The notes beneath the pieces are model-generated. The model worked only from the letters and a program-made list of their open reading frames with translations. It did no database searches and was not told the DNA's origin. Positions 14,366 through 26,800 of a DNA stretch of 64,000 nt are shown here, piece after piece (position 1 is the first letter of the stretch; each line of letters opens with the position of its first letter). The stretch lies in the IMG/VR virus record IMGVR_UViG_3300044591_001667; one strand, written 5' to 3'. Position numbers and translations under genes: made by a program. This stretch comes from an uncultured virus (IMG/VR IMGVR_UViG_3300044591_001667). Taxonomy: Duplodnaviria; Heunggongvirae; Uroviricota; Caudoviricetes.

Positions 14366-16255
14366 ATGGCAGCTATTGATTTTCCTAATTCTCCTACAGT
14401 AAATGATTTATTTACATCAGGCACTCAGACTTGGCGTTGGGATGGAACTTCTTGGAATTTAGTTATTTCTCAAGTTGTAGGCCCTACTGGGCCTCAAGGA
14501 CCAACTGGTGCTGCAAGCACAGTTACAGGACCAACTGGCTCTCGTGGAACTGTTTTATTAGCCTCAGAAACTCCACCAACTGGAGCTTCTGCAGGTGATG
14601 CTTGGCTTAACACCGCTACAGGAAAAATTTATGTTTATTTTGATGACTACTGGGTTGAATCTGCTTCAAGTTTAAGTGGTAGTGAAGGTCCAACTGGACC
14701 AACGGGTGCAACTGGTCCTCAGAGTACGGCTCTTGGTCCTACTGGTCCACAAGGTTCTACTGGTCCTACAGGGCCACAAGGAAACACTGGACCGTCTGGT
14801 CCTCGTGGTTTTGATATAACTGGCCCAACAGGACCTGCTGGTCCTACTGGTGCTCAAGGTGCAACTGGCCCTGAAGGTCAACGTGGACCTACTGGTCCAG
14901 TTGGCGCTCTTGGACCTACTGGTCCTCAGGGTGAAGAAGGTGTAACTGGTCCAACTGGTGCGCAAGGTCTACAAGGTCCTCAGGGTCCAACTGGAGCTCG
15001 TGGATTCGTAGGACCTACTGGTCCAGTAGGTGCTACTGGTCCATCTGTCACTGGCCCAACTGGTGCAACAGGTGCTCAAGGTGCAACAGGTCCTGCTGGT
15101 GGTCCAATAGGTCCAACTGGTTCTACTGGCCCAACAGGTCCTCAAGGTGAGCAAGGTCTAGCAGGTCTTCGTGGTGCGACAGGTGCTACAGGTGCAACAG
15201 GTGCAGCTTCAACTATTCCTGGCCCTACAGGACCAACAGGTCCTGCTGTTACTGGTCCTACTGGTGCTGCTTCAACTATTCCTGGCCCTACAGGACCAAC
15301 AGGTCCTGCTGTTACTGGTCCTACTGGTGCTAGTGGTCCAGCGGGTGCAAGTTTTGCTGGAGTAACTTCTACAAGCAATCTTTCAATTTCTCTTGGTTCT
15401 GAAAACTTTATTGTCAATAAAGTTGATGCTTTTGCTGTTGGAACAAGAGCTCGTTTAGCCAGCGCTACCTTCCCGACAGATTATATGGAAGGCATTATCA
15501 CTACAATCGTGGGAACAACAATCACCATGGATGTAGACAAAATAAATGGCGAGGGTAATACATATGCAAGTTGGAGATTGCTCCTCGGTGCTGGTGAAAT
15601 TGGACCTACTGGCCCTACTGGTCCTCAAGGTGCATCAATTAAATTTAAAGGTACTGTTGCCCAAGATGTAAACCTTCCAGCAACTGGAAACCAAATCAAC
15701 GATGCTTATGTTATTACCGCAACAGGAGACTTGTGGGTTTGGAACGGAACTATTTGGCAGAATACTGGACGTATTGTCGGGCCAACAGGTGCAACAGGTT
15801 CTCAGGGAATTCAAGGGCCAGTAGGACCAACAGGTGCGACTGGTTCAGCTTCTACAGTTCCTGGCCCTACAGGACCAACAGGTTCTCAAGGTTCACAAGG
15901 TGTTCAAGGTATTACAGGACCAACAGGACCTGCCTTCTTCAACCTAACTGGTCCTCAATATCTATCTTCTGTAACTCTTACTGCTAACGACAACGCTTCT
16001 TTAGTTAAGTTAAACAGCTCTTCTCCTACTGTTGTAACTGTTCCAGCAGATGGAACTGGCGGATATACATTTGACACAGGATCTCAAATTGTCCTTACTC
16101 AATTGGGAAGCGCCGTGTTTAGTGTTACTGGAGCAGCTGGAGTGAGTGTTTTAAGCGAAGGAAGCCGTTATACAAGTAAACAGCGTTATGCAGTAGCTTC
16201 TTTAATAAAGCTTGGAGCTAATTCATGGCTTTTGAGCGGAAACCTACAGGCGTAA
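14366..16255 (+). CDS. Collagen-like fibre protein
   Basis: MAAIDFP N-motif, long Gly-X-Y runs, C-terminal domain ending WLLSGNL. Confidence 0.88.
   Translation: MAAIDFPNSPTVNDLFTSGTQTWRWDGTSWNLVISQVVGPTGPQGPTGAASTVTGPTGSRGTVLLASETPPTGASAGDAWLNTATGKIYVYFDDYWVESASSLSGSEGPTGPTGATGPQSTALGPTGPQGSTGPTGPQGNTGPSGPRGFDITGPTGPAGPTGAQGATGPEGQRGPTGPVGALGPTGPQGEEGVTGPTGAQGLQGPQGPTGARGFVGPTGPVGATGPSVTGPTGATGAQGATGPAGGPIGPTGSTGPTGPQGEQGLAGLRGATGATGATGAASTIPGPTGPTGPAVTGPTGAASTIPGPTGPTGPAVTGPTGASGPAGASFAGVTSTSNLSISLGSENFIVNKVDAFAVGTRARLASATFPTDYMEGIITTIVGTTITMDVDKINGEGNTYASWRLLLGAGEIGPTGPTGPQGASIKFKGTVAQDVNLPATGNQINDAYVITATGDLWVWNGTIWQNTGRIVGPTGATGSQGIQGPVGPTGATGSASTVPGPTGPTGSQGSQGVQGITGPTGPAFFNLTGPQYLSSVTLTANDNASLVKLNSSSPTVVTVPADGTGGYTFDTGSQIVLTQLGSAVFSVTGAAGVSVLSEGSRYTSKQRYAVASLIKLGANSWLLSGNLQA
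15206..15331 (+). repeat. Exact 63-bp tandem duplication
   Basis: 15206-15268 = 15269-15331, encoding [21 protein letters not shown] twice. Confidence 0.9.
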
Positions 16256-16256
16256 T

Positions 16257-17180
16257 ATGCTGATAGCCACCCATGCGATGCATTCTACTTTGCCAGTAGC
16301 TTTTTTGCCTACCCTTTGGTCTCTTGTCACAAATACCTCTTTCGGAAGCACAAACATAAATTCAATTGCTACAAATGGTATGGGCCAATTTGTAGCAGTT
16401 GGTAGTTCTGGAAAGCTTGCTACTTCTAATGATGTCTCATCTTCATGGACTCAGCGTGTTTCTGGGTTTGCTGGAAGTAACATCTATTCAGTTGCGTATG
16501 GAGATGATATTTATGTTATTGGGGGTAGCTCTGGAAAATTGGCTACTTCAACAGACGGCATAAATTGGACTTTACGCTCATCTTCTTTTGGTGCCAGCGC
16601 CATTTTGGGAATTACATACTCTCAATCAGCAAGTCTTTGGATTGCAGTTGGTGGTTCAGGAAAATTGGCTACTTCAATTGATGGAATTGAGTGGACTCAA
16701 AGACTTTCCTCTTTTGGAACTTCTTTTATCAATAATGTTTATTCTGATTCAAGTCTTATTATTGCTGTTGGTTATGATGGAAAACTAGCTACTTCAACAA
16801 ATGGAATTAGTTGGACTCAACGTGGTTCTTCTTTTATATCAAGTACAATATTTTCAGTAGCGGGAAATCCAACAAGAGATAAGTACATTGCCGTTGGAGA
16901 CTCAGGAAAAATTGCTAGTTCAACAAATGGACTAACTTGGATTCAATCGTTTCCAGCTAGCAGCTTCGGGTCATCTCAAATTAGGTCTGTTGCAGCTAAC
17001 AGCGAGAATTACTACTTAGCTGGAGGAACAGCTGGAAAAGTGGCGACTTCAACAGACTCCACTCAATGGATTCAAAGAAACTCTGGTTTAGGGATATCTA
17101 ACGTAAATGATGTCTATTTTGATGATTCGCTAGCAATTGCTGTTGCAAATGGTGGCAAGATTGCCTACTCGGGAGGATAA
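16257..17180 (+). CDS. Beta-propeller protein (BNR/Ycf48-like repeats), putative adhesin
   Basis: About seven repeats of the form AVGxSGKLATSxDGxxWTxRxSxFGxSxI. Confidence 0.85.
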   Translation: MLIATHAMHSTLPVAFLPTLWSLVTNTSFGSTNINSIATNGMGQFVAVGSSGKLATSNDVSSSWTQRVSGFAGSNIYSVAYGDDIYVIGGSSGKLATSTDGINWTLRSSSFGASAILGITYSQSASLWIAVGGSGKLATSIDGIEWTQRLSSFGTSFINNVYSDSSLIIAVGYDGKLATSTNGISWTQRGSSFISSTIFSVAGNPTRDKYIAVGDSGKIASSTNGLTWIQSFPASSFGSSQIRSVAANSENYYLAGGTAGKVATSTDSTQWIQRNSGLGISNVNDVYFDDSLAIAVANGGKIAYSGG

Positions 17181-17182
17181 AG

Positions 17183-17359
17183 ATGTTTAGTTACAACTTA
17201 ACAACCAGCAATCCAAGAGGGCCAATGGTAGAAATTTTGGATGGTTCTAATGTTATTGACGAGAGTGGCCCTTGGGAGTCTATCGAGTCAGCAACCACTT
17301 GGGCAGAAGCATATGTTGGGTTAAAAAATTCAAATCAAGCAGAACCACAAGTTGGGTAA
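17183..17359 (+). CDS. 58-aa hypothetical protein (not in ORF track)
   Basis: GGAGG RBS; MFSYNLTTSNPRGPMVEILDGSNVIDESGPWESIESATTWAEAYVGLKNSNQAEPQVG fills the gap after the propeller gene. Confidence 0.7.
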   Translation: MFSYNLTTSNPRGPMVEILDGSNVIDESGPWESIESATTWAEAYVGLKNSNQAEPQVG

Positions 17360-17407
17360 AGATTCTCAAAGTAGAATAGATAGTTAGTCCAGAGAGGAGC
17401 AAGCAAA

Positions 17408-18058
17408 GTGGCAGCAATTGACTTTCCAACACCCGTAGTGGTTGGAGAAGAGTTCACCGCTGGCGGTCAAACCTGGGTCTGGACTGGATTAGTTTGGGAA
17501 GCTAAGCGTGTAACTCCTACAGGTCCAACGGGTCCACAAGGTATTCAAGGACCTACTGGTGCTACAGGAGCCACTGGTGCAACAGGTGCTCAGGGTATTC
17601 AGGGTCCAACTGGTCCTGTTTCTGATGTAGCAGGTCCAAGTGGTCCTATCGGTCCAACTGGACCTCAAGGTCCGACTGGTCCACAAGGATTGCAAGGAGA
17701 GCAAGGACCTAGAGGTTTTACTGGCCCTACAGGTGCAGATTCAACTGTAACTGGTCCACAAGGTCCAACAGGACCTCGTGGAACTACTGGTCCCACAGGA
17801 CCTACAGGTGCCCAGTCTGAAGTTCCTGGTCCTACAGGTCCTACTGGTCCAGTAGGTAAGTTCACTGCCAGCCCAAATCCGCCTGACTTACTGACATCTG
17901 TAAATGGTGATGCATGGTTTAACACAAACACTGCTATTACTTACGTTTTTTATAATGGAGTATTTATTGAAACTCAGGGTGGATCTACAGGTCCTGCTGG
18001 TCCTACAGGTCCAATGGGCTCTCTAGGTGTTACAACAAGTTGGTGGCTAGGTACATAA
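17408..18058 (+). CDS. Short collagen-like fibre protein
   Basis: GTG start with GAGGAG RBS, AAIDFP motif, Gly-X-Y runs, a GDAWFN module and terminal SWWLGT. Confidence 0.85.
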   Translation: MAAIDFPTPVVVGEEFTAGGQTWVWTGLVWEAKRVTPTGPTGPQGIQGPTGATGATGATGAQGIQGPTGPVSDVAGPSGPIGPTGPQGPTGPQGLQGEQGPRGFTGPTGADSTVTGPQGPTGPRGTTGPTGPTGAQSEVPGPTGPTGPVGKFTASPNPPDLLTSVNGDAWFNTNTAITYVFYNGVFIETQGGSTGPAGPTGPMGSLGVTTSWWLGT

Positions 18059-18152
18059 AAATGCAAAACACAAGCACTTTTTTAAAATCAAAGATTTGTA
18101 GCAGTGGTATTCTACTAACAGATCTCGTGTGTGGTGAGAGAGGTAATAAATA

Positions 18153-20837
18153 ATGCCCGGCTTTTTAGGTGGTAGCTCAGGCTCAAGCGGTACTGGCGGA
18201 GAGATTTCTTTTCCTAAAGAATTTATCGATCCAGTAACTAAGCTTCGCGTCAGCGAACCGCAAAACCTCATCGATACCGACTTTGAGTATGGTCTTCAGC
18301 CTACCAAGTGGGAAACTGTTGAACTTATCAACAACACACCGTCGTTCTTTTCTAAATCTGGTGATACCACAATCCCAAATATTACGGCTATCACTACAAA
18401 CGATGGCACTCGAGAAATTACCGTTACTACTGGCCTCCCACACGGGTTAGCAGTCGGTATCCCTATTAACGTAACTGGTACTAAGTCAATTACAGCTGAT
18501 GGTGCTTACATCATCAACTCCATTCCAAATGCTACAAAGTTTACTTACCTATGTAGAGATATTCAGCTTGGAAACAACTCGATTGAGGATTTGTATTCTT
18601 CAGTTATTACTGGAGAATTTTTTCAAGGTTCTCAGCTTCGCCTAGCAGATGCGGCAGGTATTACAACTGACGGTGAGTCAATTTCTACGCTTACAGTAAC
18701 TACTGGCTCGACCCACGGTTTTTATGTAGATACTCCGTTCTACTTCTTGAACCTGAACTCAACTATTTCTCAAGAATTTCCTGCAAATAACAATGAAGCT
18801 AAGTCTTTTGATGCTTCTAACTCTGCAACTGCGCAGACATTTGACGGCTCAAACACACTTTCTCAAATCAATATTGATTGGTCTAACTCTGCAACAGTTG
18901 CTGGTGTCACTAGCACTGTAAATATGAATGCGCAGAACCTTGTTAACAACACAATTACTGTTGCTCATGGAACTGAAAATTTTGCAAATAGAGTTATTGG
19001 AACCCCTTTTTATTACGATGTTGTCTCTGGCGGTGGGTATTTTGCCACTAACCCTCGCGGAGTTGTTTTCTTAAAGACCGCAACATCCCTTGGAACTTCA
19101 ACATCTACATTCCAAGTTTCTGCTGTACCAGACGGCGATGTTATTGAGATTCCAACAACAATGACTGGAACTTTCCAGCTAGCTAATCAAGCTCGTACTT
19201 TTGCTGGAAATAACATAAATGCGAGTACTGAAGTATCAGTTCAGATTATTAAAGATTTACCAAAAGAATTTGATGGGTCAAATAGCTCTATTCAAGTAGG
19301 TCAAGTAACTTCTTATAGTGGCTCTCTTGTAAACGTAACTTCAGCGCAAGCTGTACCGCTTACATGGTACTCAGGGTCTATGGTCTTCTACTCAACCACA
19401 GGTACTGCTGCAAACGGACTTACAAACAACACTACATATTTTGTTGATACTTTTATTACAGTAAATGCTGGAACTTTTCAGTATGCATTTACTCTAAAAC
19501 CAACTCCTACAGGAGCAGCAATTACTTCTGTTTCAGGAGGAACTGGTACTCAGACTTTTAAGCAAATTGGTGTATCTCTTGATAGAAACATCTTCCACGT
19601 AAAAGACCATCAGTATGCTCGATTCGACATGCTGCGCTATGAAAAGCCAGAAAATGGCGCTTTTGCTGTAGTTTCTTCTGATCAAGTTAAAAACTTCTAC
19701 TTTGTAGCTCAGGTTCTTGATCAGCATAATTTCACGCTAAACCAAACTGTTGGTGAGCTAAGCCCTCAGACTATTAGTCGCACTGGGTTCTCTAGATATG
19801 CAATTACTCCGACAACAGTAACTGCTATCGGTATGACTGCTCCTATTACTTACGCAGTCACAAGTGGAACTTTGCCTAACGGTCTTACTCTAAATACTTC
19901 TACTGGTGTTGTATCTGGTACACCTCTAGAAAATATTGCAGTTCCAGGTCGTACAGTTATTATTACTGCAACTGACGTAGACGGAATCTCTGCATTCCAA
20001 ACACACACATATCAGTTTGACCAACCACCTGCTTTGTACTCTTTCTCAAGCGTTACATTCACTCCAGGTGGTGCTGGTGGTTCTGGTGGTCCTAACCTTT
20101 CACAAGTTCGCTCTGGAGCAGGAAACCCATCTTGGGGTAACACTTACATTGAAATGCCAGGCAATACTGGAACATTTGTATGGACAGTTCCTGAAGTAGC
20201 AACTTATCGCGTAGAAGCTTATGGAGCTGCTGGCGGATGGGCTAGCAACTGGGGTAACCGTGGTGGTTACGGAGTTCGTATGCGTGGAGATTTCCAGTGG
20301 AATCTTGGCGACAGAATTAAAATGGTTGTTGGTCAAGCTGGTGGTGGTATGGGTGACAACGGCGGCGGCGGTGGTGGAAGTTATGTAGCTCTTGAAAACA
20401 ATACGCCACTTCTCGTTGCTGGTGGTGGTGGTGGAGCATCTCCAGGTTGGTATGGATATGCAGATGCAACTACTGGTTGGTCTTCTCGCGGTTCTAATAA
20501 CTGGGGCGGTGCCTCAGGAGGTAACGGCGGTAACGGTGATTCATTTGGTGGAGGCGGTGGCTTCTACGGTAACGGTGGAGGCTGGGCAGGTCCAGGTACT
20601 TCATTCGTAAATGGTGCTTACGGTGGAAACTACTCAAGTCACGGTGGATTTGGTGGCGGTGGCGCACCTCGCGGTTGGGCTGGAGGCGCTGGCGGTGGCG
20701 GTGGCTTCAATGGTGGTCCAGGTGCATATTGGTCAGCTAATGGTGCTGGCGCTGGTTCATACAACGTTGGAACTAACCAATCTAGTGGCGAAGTTGAAAG
20801 CTCAGGTAATGGTCAAATCACCATTACTAGGCTGTAA
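18153..20837 (+). CDS. Large virion structural protein: beta-repeat modules, Ig-like (He_PIG-type) domain, C-terminal ALK/LTK-like Gly-rich domain
   Basis: KLRVSEPQNLIDTDFEYG N-segment, HG-type repeats, GTLPNGLTLNTSTGVVSGTP, and WTVP...AYGAAGG...VGQAG...GGFGGGG. Confidence 0.75.
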   Translation: MPGFLGGSSGSSGTGGEISFPKEFIDPVTKLRVSEPQNLIDTDFEYGLQPTKWETVELINNTPSFFSKSGDTTIPNITAITTNDGTREITVTTGLPHGLAVGIPINVTGTKSITADGAYIINSIPNATKFTYLCRDIQLGNNSIEDLYSSVITGEFFQGSQLRLADAAGITTDGESISTLTVTTGSTHGFYVDTPFYFLNLNSTISQEFPANNNEAKSFDASNSATAQTFDGSNTLSQINIDWSNSATVAGVTSTVNMNAQNLVNNTITVAHGTENFANRVIGTPFYYDVVSGGGYFATNPRGVVFLKTATSLGTSTSTFQVSAVPDGDVIEIPTTMTGTFQLANQARTFAGNNINASTEVSVQIIKDLPKEFDGSNSSIQVGQVTSYSGSLVNVTSAQAVPLTWYSGSMVFYSTTGTAANGLTNNTTYFVDTFITVNAGTFQYAFTLKPTPTGAAITSVSGGTGTQTFKQIGVSLDRNIFHVKDHQYARFDMLRYEKPENGAFAVVSSDQVKNFYFVAQVLDQHNFTLNQTVGELSPQTISRTGFSRYAITPTTVTAIGMTAPITYAVTSGTLPNGLTLNTSTGVVSGTPLENIAVPGRTVIITATDVDGISAFQTHTYQFDQPPALYSFSSVTFTPGGAGGSGGPNLSQVRSGAGNPSWGNTYIEMPGNTGTFVWTVPEVATYRVEAYGAAGGWASNWGNRGGYGVRMRGDFQWNLGDRIKMVVGQAGGGMGDNGGGGGGSYVALENNTPLLVAGGGGGASPGWYGYADATTGWSSRGSNNWGGASGGNGGNGDSFGGGGGFYGNGGGWAGPGTSFVNGAYGGNYSSHGGFGGGGAPRGWAGGAGGGGGFNGGPGAYWSANGAGAGSYNVGTNQSSGEVESSGNGQITITRL

Positions 20838-20855
20838 AGGAAAAGGAGAATATAA

Positions 20856-23800
20856 ATGCCAATTGACGTAACCGCTGCGGGTGCAGCAGGTACTCACTCT
20901 TTTTCTCGTGTAAATGTTAATCTTGATGAAGATTTCATCTACTTTAAGAACACTTCTCCTGATGTAATTCCTGCTGCTTTGGCTCCGGGAGTTGCTTTTC
21001 TTTACACTTCTGGTATTGGTTCTCTTACTGGTTTCACTGAAAACGGTCTTGTATATGTAACTACAACAGAACCTAAAAAACTAAAATTTAGTACAACTTT
21101 TAACGGTACTGCAATCAACATTACAGAGAGCACTGCTGGAACTATTAAATTTAACACTCCTGTTGTTTTTGCAAATAAGCTCAATATTGACGCTTCAACC
21201 CCTACAAATCAAGCTGTTAAATATTTTACAAATGGAACACCTCTTACAGGACTAACTAGCGGTGACACGTACTTCCTAAAGAACGTTTCAATTTCTGAGT
21301 TTGCTGGTTCTCAAGCTTTATACGCATTCACATCCCACACATTTACCACTTGTGGAAAAACTGGTCGAGTAGGTCCTACTCAAACTGAAATGAGAAACTC
21401 ATACAGCACAACGTGGGATGACCTATACATTTCTCAAGGTGCCTTCCAAGGCTACCAAGACTGGACAGTTCCTGTTTCTGGTATTTATAGCTTTAACGTC
21501 CGTGGTGCTTCTGGTTTTGATGGTGGAGGAGCGGGCTCTGTTGGTCGTGGAGCAATTGTTGAAGGTCGTATTGCTCTAACCAAGGGTGAAGTTATCACTA
21601 TTGCTGTTGGACAACGAGGAGACGCTCCAACTTCAGGTGGAGTTTGGGGTGGTTCTGGTGGTGGAACATTTGTTGTTCGTAAAACTGGTAACGAGCCTTT
21701 GTTTGTTGCTGGTGGTGGTGCAGGTGAGCCAAACACTGGTGCTGGACGAGATGGTGTTTTAACAAGACTTGGTGGAACTTCTACTAACAATCAGCAAGCT
21801 GGTGGAGCTGTAGGTTTTGGTGGTCGTGCTCAGAGTCCTTTTGGTTACTCTGCTGCTGGTGGTGGTTTCTTCTCTCGCGGACAGAACGGTAGTTTTACTT
21901 CAGAGCCTACATTTGGTGGAGGTTCATTCCTTGACGGCTTGACCATGGGAACCAACACTCGTATTGGTGGATACGGTGGATTTGGTGGTGGTGGTCAGTC
22001 AGACGGCCAGCGTGTAGGTCAATCTGGTGGTGGTGGTGGTTACTCTGGTGGTGGCGGTGCTCGCTCCACAACTGCAAACCATTCAGGTGGTGGTGGTGGT
22101 TCATTTATCGTATCTACTGCTACAAACGTAGGAACATCTACAGGTTTGTTTGATGGCGCTAATACATTTAACGGCTCACCTATTGCAAACATTTCTGCCT
22201 ATAACACTGGTGAAGGTCAAGTTACAGTAACACTAATTTCTAGCTTTACCACTGGTAACAGTATTCACCCTACGGCACAAGATGCAGAAAATGGGACTAA
22301 CGCAATTGCTATTGCTGCTGCTGGTACTTCATTCCACTCATTTGTTCCAATTAACTTTGATACACAGAACGATCAAATTCACAGTCCTGCAGCTCACACG
22401 CTTACCAATGGTGAAGCAATTCAAGTAACCTTTAATGGAGTTCCTCCAACAGGAATTACAAATAACGCTATTTATTATGTAAACACTGTGAATGCGTTCA
22501 GCTATCGTTTGAGCACAACTCCTTCTCCTTCATTCACAAATATTAACCTTACAAATCCATCTTCAAGAGAAGTTGCTACTACAGCAAAGATTAGTAGAGT
22601 TGTTGTAAACGTAGCCACAGATACCTTGACTATTAGTAACCACGGTTTCTTGGTTGATCAGCCGTTGAGATATCAAGTTGGTGACGGAACAGCAATCGCA
22701 CCTCTTATTGACCAAGCTACTTACTATGTTGCTGAGGTTCTAAACGCTAACCAAATTCGTTTGAAGTCTTCTTTGAACTCTCCAACATATATTAACTTCA
22801 CTAGTGCTGGAACTGGAACTGGTCACAGCTTTATCTTCTTGACTGTTAATGCTCTTGAAGATACTTTGTATATTCCTAACCATGGTCTTGTTTCTGGTCA
22901 GGCTATTCGCTATTCAAAGGGTATTACAGCCAACGTTGTAATTCCTGGTTTAACAGATAACACTACCTACTTTATTGTTAAGGTTGACAACAGCATTGTT
23001 CGACTAGCTACTAACAGAGCTTTGACTACAATTGCTAACATCACAAACCAAGATCCTTGGCCAGCAACAGGTACTCACTCCTTGTTCATCACCTCTCTTG
23101 ATTACACAACAGACACAATCACCTTGCCTAACCACGGATTCTTACAGGGCGAACTTGTTGAGTATGACTCAAAGGGTCAAACAGTTGTAAATGGTCTAAC
23201 TACAGCTACTCCTTATTATGTGATTTTCGTAGATGGTGACAACATTAAGTTGGCAACTACCCCTGAAAATGCTGATGCAGGTACTGCAGTAGATTTGACT
23301 GCAAGCCCAGTTGGTGTTGGTCGACACACTCTACGTTCTTTGTCTAAGACTCCAGACGGCATTTACACAATCACTTCAACACCTTCTCCAGACACATTTA
23401 CTGTAGAAGCTGCTGGTAACGTTCCAATTATTACAAAGGTATTTAACCCTCGTGGCGCTGTAGATCTTGAATTAAACACATTCTTGATTCAATCTCATGG
23501 TTTCACTACTGGAACAAAAGTTACATATGACCAAGGAGATGCAGCTACTGATATTGGTGGTTTAACAAACAACACAGATTACTACGTTGTTGCAATTAAC
23601 CGAGACTACCTACGCTTAGCAACTTCTGCAGAAAATGCTGCATCTGGTATCACTCTCAATATTACCGACTGGGGAACTGGTGTAGGTCACAAGCTTATTA
23701 CTGACCAAATTAACGGTAACGTTACTGGTTCTGGAACTGTAAGCGTTACCTCAGGTTCTGTTCTTGTTAACGGTTCTGGTACTGCGTTCTCTAAGATTCT

Positions 23801-26800
23801 AAAGGTGGGAGACCGTTTCCGCCTCTTCCCACCTAACACAATTAAGCAGCATGGAACTATGGTTTTTGCTGCTGCAGATGTTAACGCATCAACTAATCTC
23901 ATCACTAAGAGCAACACTTTTACAACTGGTACACAGGTTGTTTTCTCTGCTGGTGGTGGAACTGCCCCAGCGCCTCTTGTAGAAGGTGCTACTTACTTTG
24001 TAAGAGCTGTTTCTGCTGGTTCAACTATGAGCCTACACCCAACAGCAACTGATGCTACTAATAATACAAATATTATTGACATCACAACTACAGGTACTGG
24101 AACTAACTTCTCTATCTCAAATGTTTCAAAGACATTTGCTGACGTAGATGTAAACACAACCAACAATCGAATTCTAGATAGCCACAACTTTGCAACTGGA
24201 GATGTGGTCAAGTTTGCGGCAAATGGCGGTGTACCACCAGCTCCTCTAGTTGATGGTTACTACTACTACGTTCGTGCAGTTTCTAACACAGAAGTTACCC
24301 TTCACTCAACACTGAGTGACGCTCAAAACAACCTTCAAGCTGTTGACTTCAGCACTCAAGGTACTGGTACAGGGTTTACTTTAACAAACACAATCCCAGT
24401 CGGACCAATCATTCGTCGTATCACTGCTATCGGTGGTGACACTCAGATTACGGTTGACCGTCCATATGCAAATGCATACAGCGCTGTTTCCTATTCGTAT
24501 CCAACCTTCGTATATGTTCGTCCACAAGGTTACTCACTACACCGTCCATTCGACGGTGGCGTTGAGATGTCAGTGGGATCTAAGACATCGTTTGGTCAGA
24601 TTGTTCGTCAAACACGTAAGTACTTCCGTTACCAGTCAGGTAAGGGTATTCAGTCTTCTTGCGGTGTTAACTTCCAACCTTCAATTGACCTTGAGAGCAT
24701 GAAGCAGTTCTCATCACTTCAAATTGAGTGTAAGACTAGACGTCCACACGGTCTTGTGTCAGGTTTGTTTATTGTTGTCAATGCTGCTGAAGATTCTTAT
24801 GGAAATACAAGCACGGTATATAACGGTGAGTTCCAAGTAACAGTTGTTGACTTAACTACCTTCCGCTTTACGGCATTAGAGCCAATTGTAGAGAACCGTG
24901 CCTACGGATTCCCTCAGTTCTATGTCCGTGAGTGGTCAAATGGTGCTGTTCGTGAAGGTATGTTTGACTTCCAGAACGGTGCTTTCTTTGAGTTTGATGG
25001 TCAAGATATCTATGCAGTCCGTCGCTCTTCTACTCAGCAGCTTGCTGGAACAGCATCATGTCTACAAGGTTCAGAACTTGTATTTGGATCAAACACAAGC
25101 TTTGAAGCGCAACTTACTGTTGGTGACTTTATTGTAATGCGTGGTCAGTCTTATAGAATTGCTGAAATTGAGTCTGATACACGTATGGCAATCCGCCCTG
25201 AATATAAGGGATCTTCTGGAACTGAGAAAGAATTTAATCCACAGACTCAAGTAAATACAACTACTAACGTATTTAGTATTATTGGTCACGGTTTCTCAGA
25301 CCGTTTGCCAGTTATTTATAACTCAATCGATGGTGAGCCTGTTGGTGGAATGATTAACGGTCGTACTTACTACGTTGATTTAATTAACAACAACAGTTTT
25401 ATGCTTCTTGCTGACCCAGATTCAGAAGTTAACGTAGATTTGTCTACAACAGGAACAACTACAGTTCACTCATTTGTACCTGCTAAGTCAGGTATTGTTA
25501 TCACAAAGACTGTAGACACTCGTGTACCACAAAGTCAGTGGAATATTGATATTTGTGATGGCTCTGGACCAACTGGTTATAACCTCGACATCTCTCGTAT
25601 TCAAATGGCCTACATCGACTACTCTTGGTACGGTGCAGGTAAGATTCGTTTTGGATTCAAGACTGTAGACGGTCAGGTTCAATATGTCCACGAGTTTGTC
25701 CACAACAACAACCTCTTTGAGTCATACTTCCGCTCTGGTAACTTGCCAGCTCGTTACGAAGTTGTAACTTACGAGAACCCAACTTACATTCCTTACTTGT
25801 TCCACTGGGGTACATCGGTCATCATGGATGGTCGATTTGACGACGACAACGCGTACTTGTTCACTGGTTCAAGCCAGACCTTGGATGTTCGTGGAACCAC
25901 AGCTAAGTCATTTGCTTCATCTGGTATCAACCTAACAACTGACTTGTTTACTGTTCAAAGTCACGGTTTTGCTACTGGTGACATCCTACAGTTCCAGTCA
26001 ATTGCAACTAACGGGTTCCCAGGTACTAATACTTTGAACCCAGCAACTCAAATTGTTGGTTCAAATACTCGTGCAAACTTGACAAACGATGGGTTGTATG
26101 GAGTTTTGGTTAACTCACCAAACTTGATTCACTTGACTCCACCTAACGTAACAATTAGCCGTGGCACTGGATACTCTATTAATCCTCAGACCATTCAGAG
26201 TGCTCAAAGTGGAACTACAGTAACTATCACAACAACACTGCCACACGGTCTAACTACTGGTATGTATGCTGGTATTTATGGTTCTAGTCGTGTACCAAAT
26301 GGTCCGTTCTATGTAACTAGAACAAGTGACACAGTGTTTACATATCAAGCAACTAACGTTACTACCCCTGTGACCGCTGCTAATGATCCAAACATCATTA
26401 TCTCTGAAGTTATTAACTTCACTTCACAAGGTAATACTCAGTACACCTACTTCCTATATCCAAACGGCTCATTGAACAATACTTCTGGTCCTAACTACCA
26501 GCCATTGCTTTCAATCCGTCTCTCTCCTTCAGTATCTGAAGGTTTGACAGGTAAGCTTGGTGACCGAGATGTTCTTAACCGAATGCAGCTACGCCTACAA
26601 GAAATTGGTGTATCTACAACACAGCTTGTCGACGTTAAGGTTCTTTTGAACCCACGTTTGAACAACTTGAACTTCGTAGGTGTAGACTCACCTTCCTTGA
26701 CTCAGATTGTTGAGCACACTGCTCAAGACACTGTTTCAGGTGGAGTTCAGGTTTACAACTTCCGTGCCGCTGGTGGAGCTGCTGGTGCAGAAGACACCAC

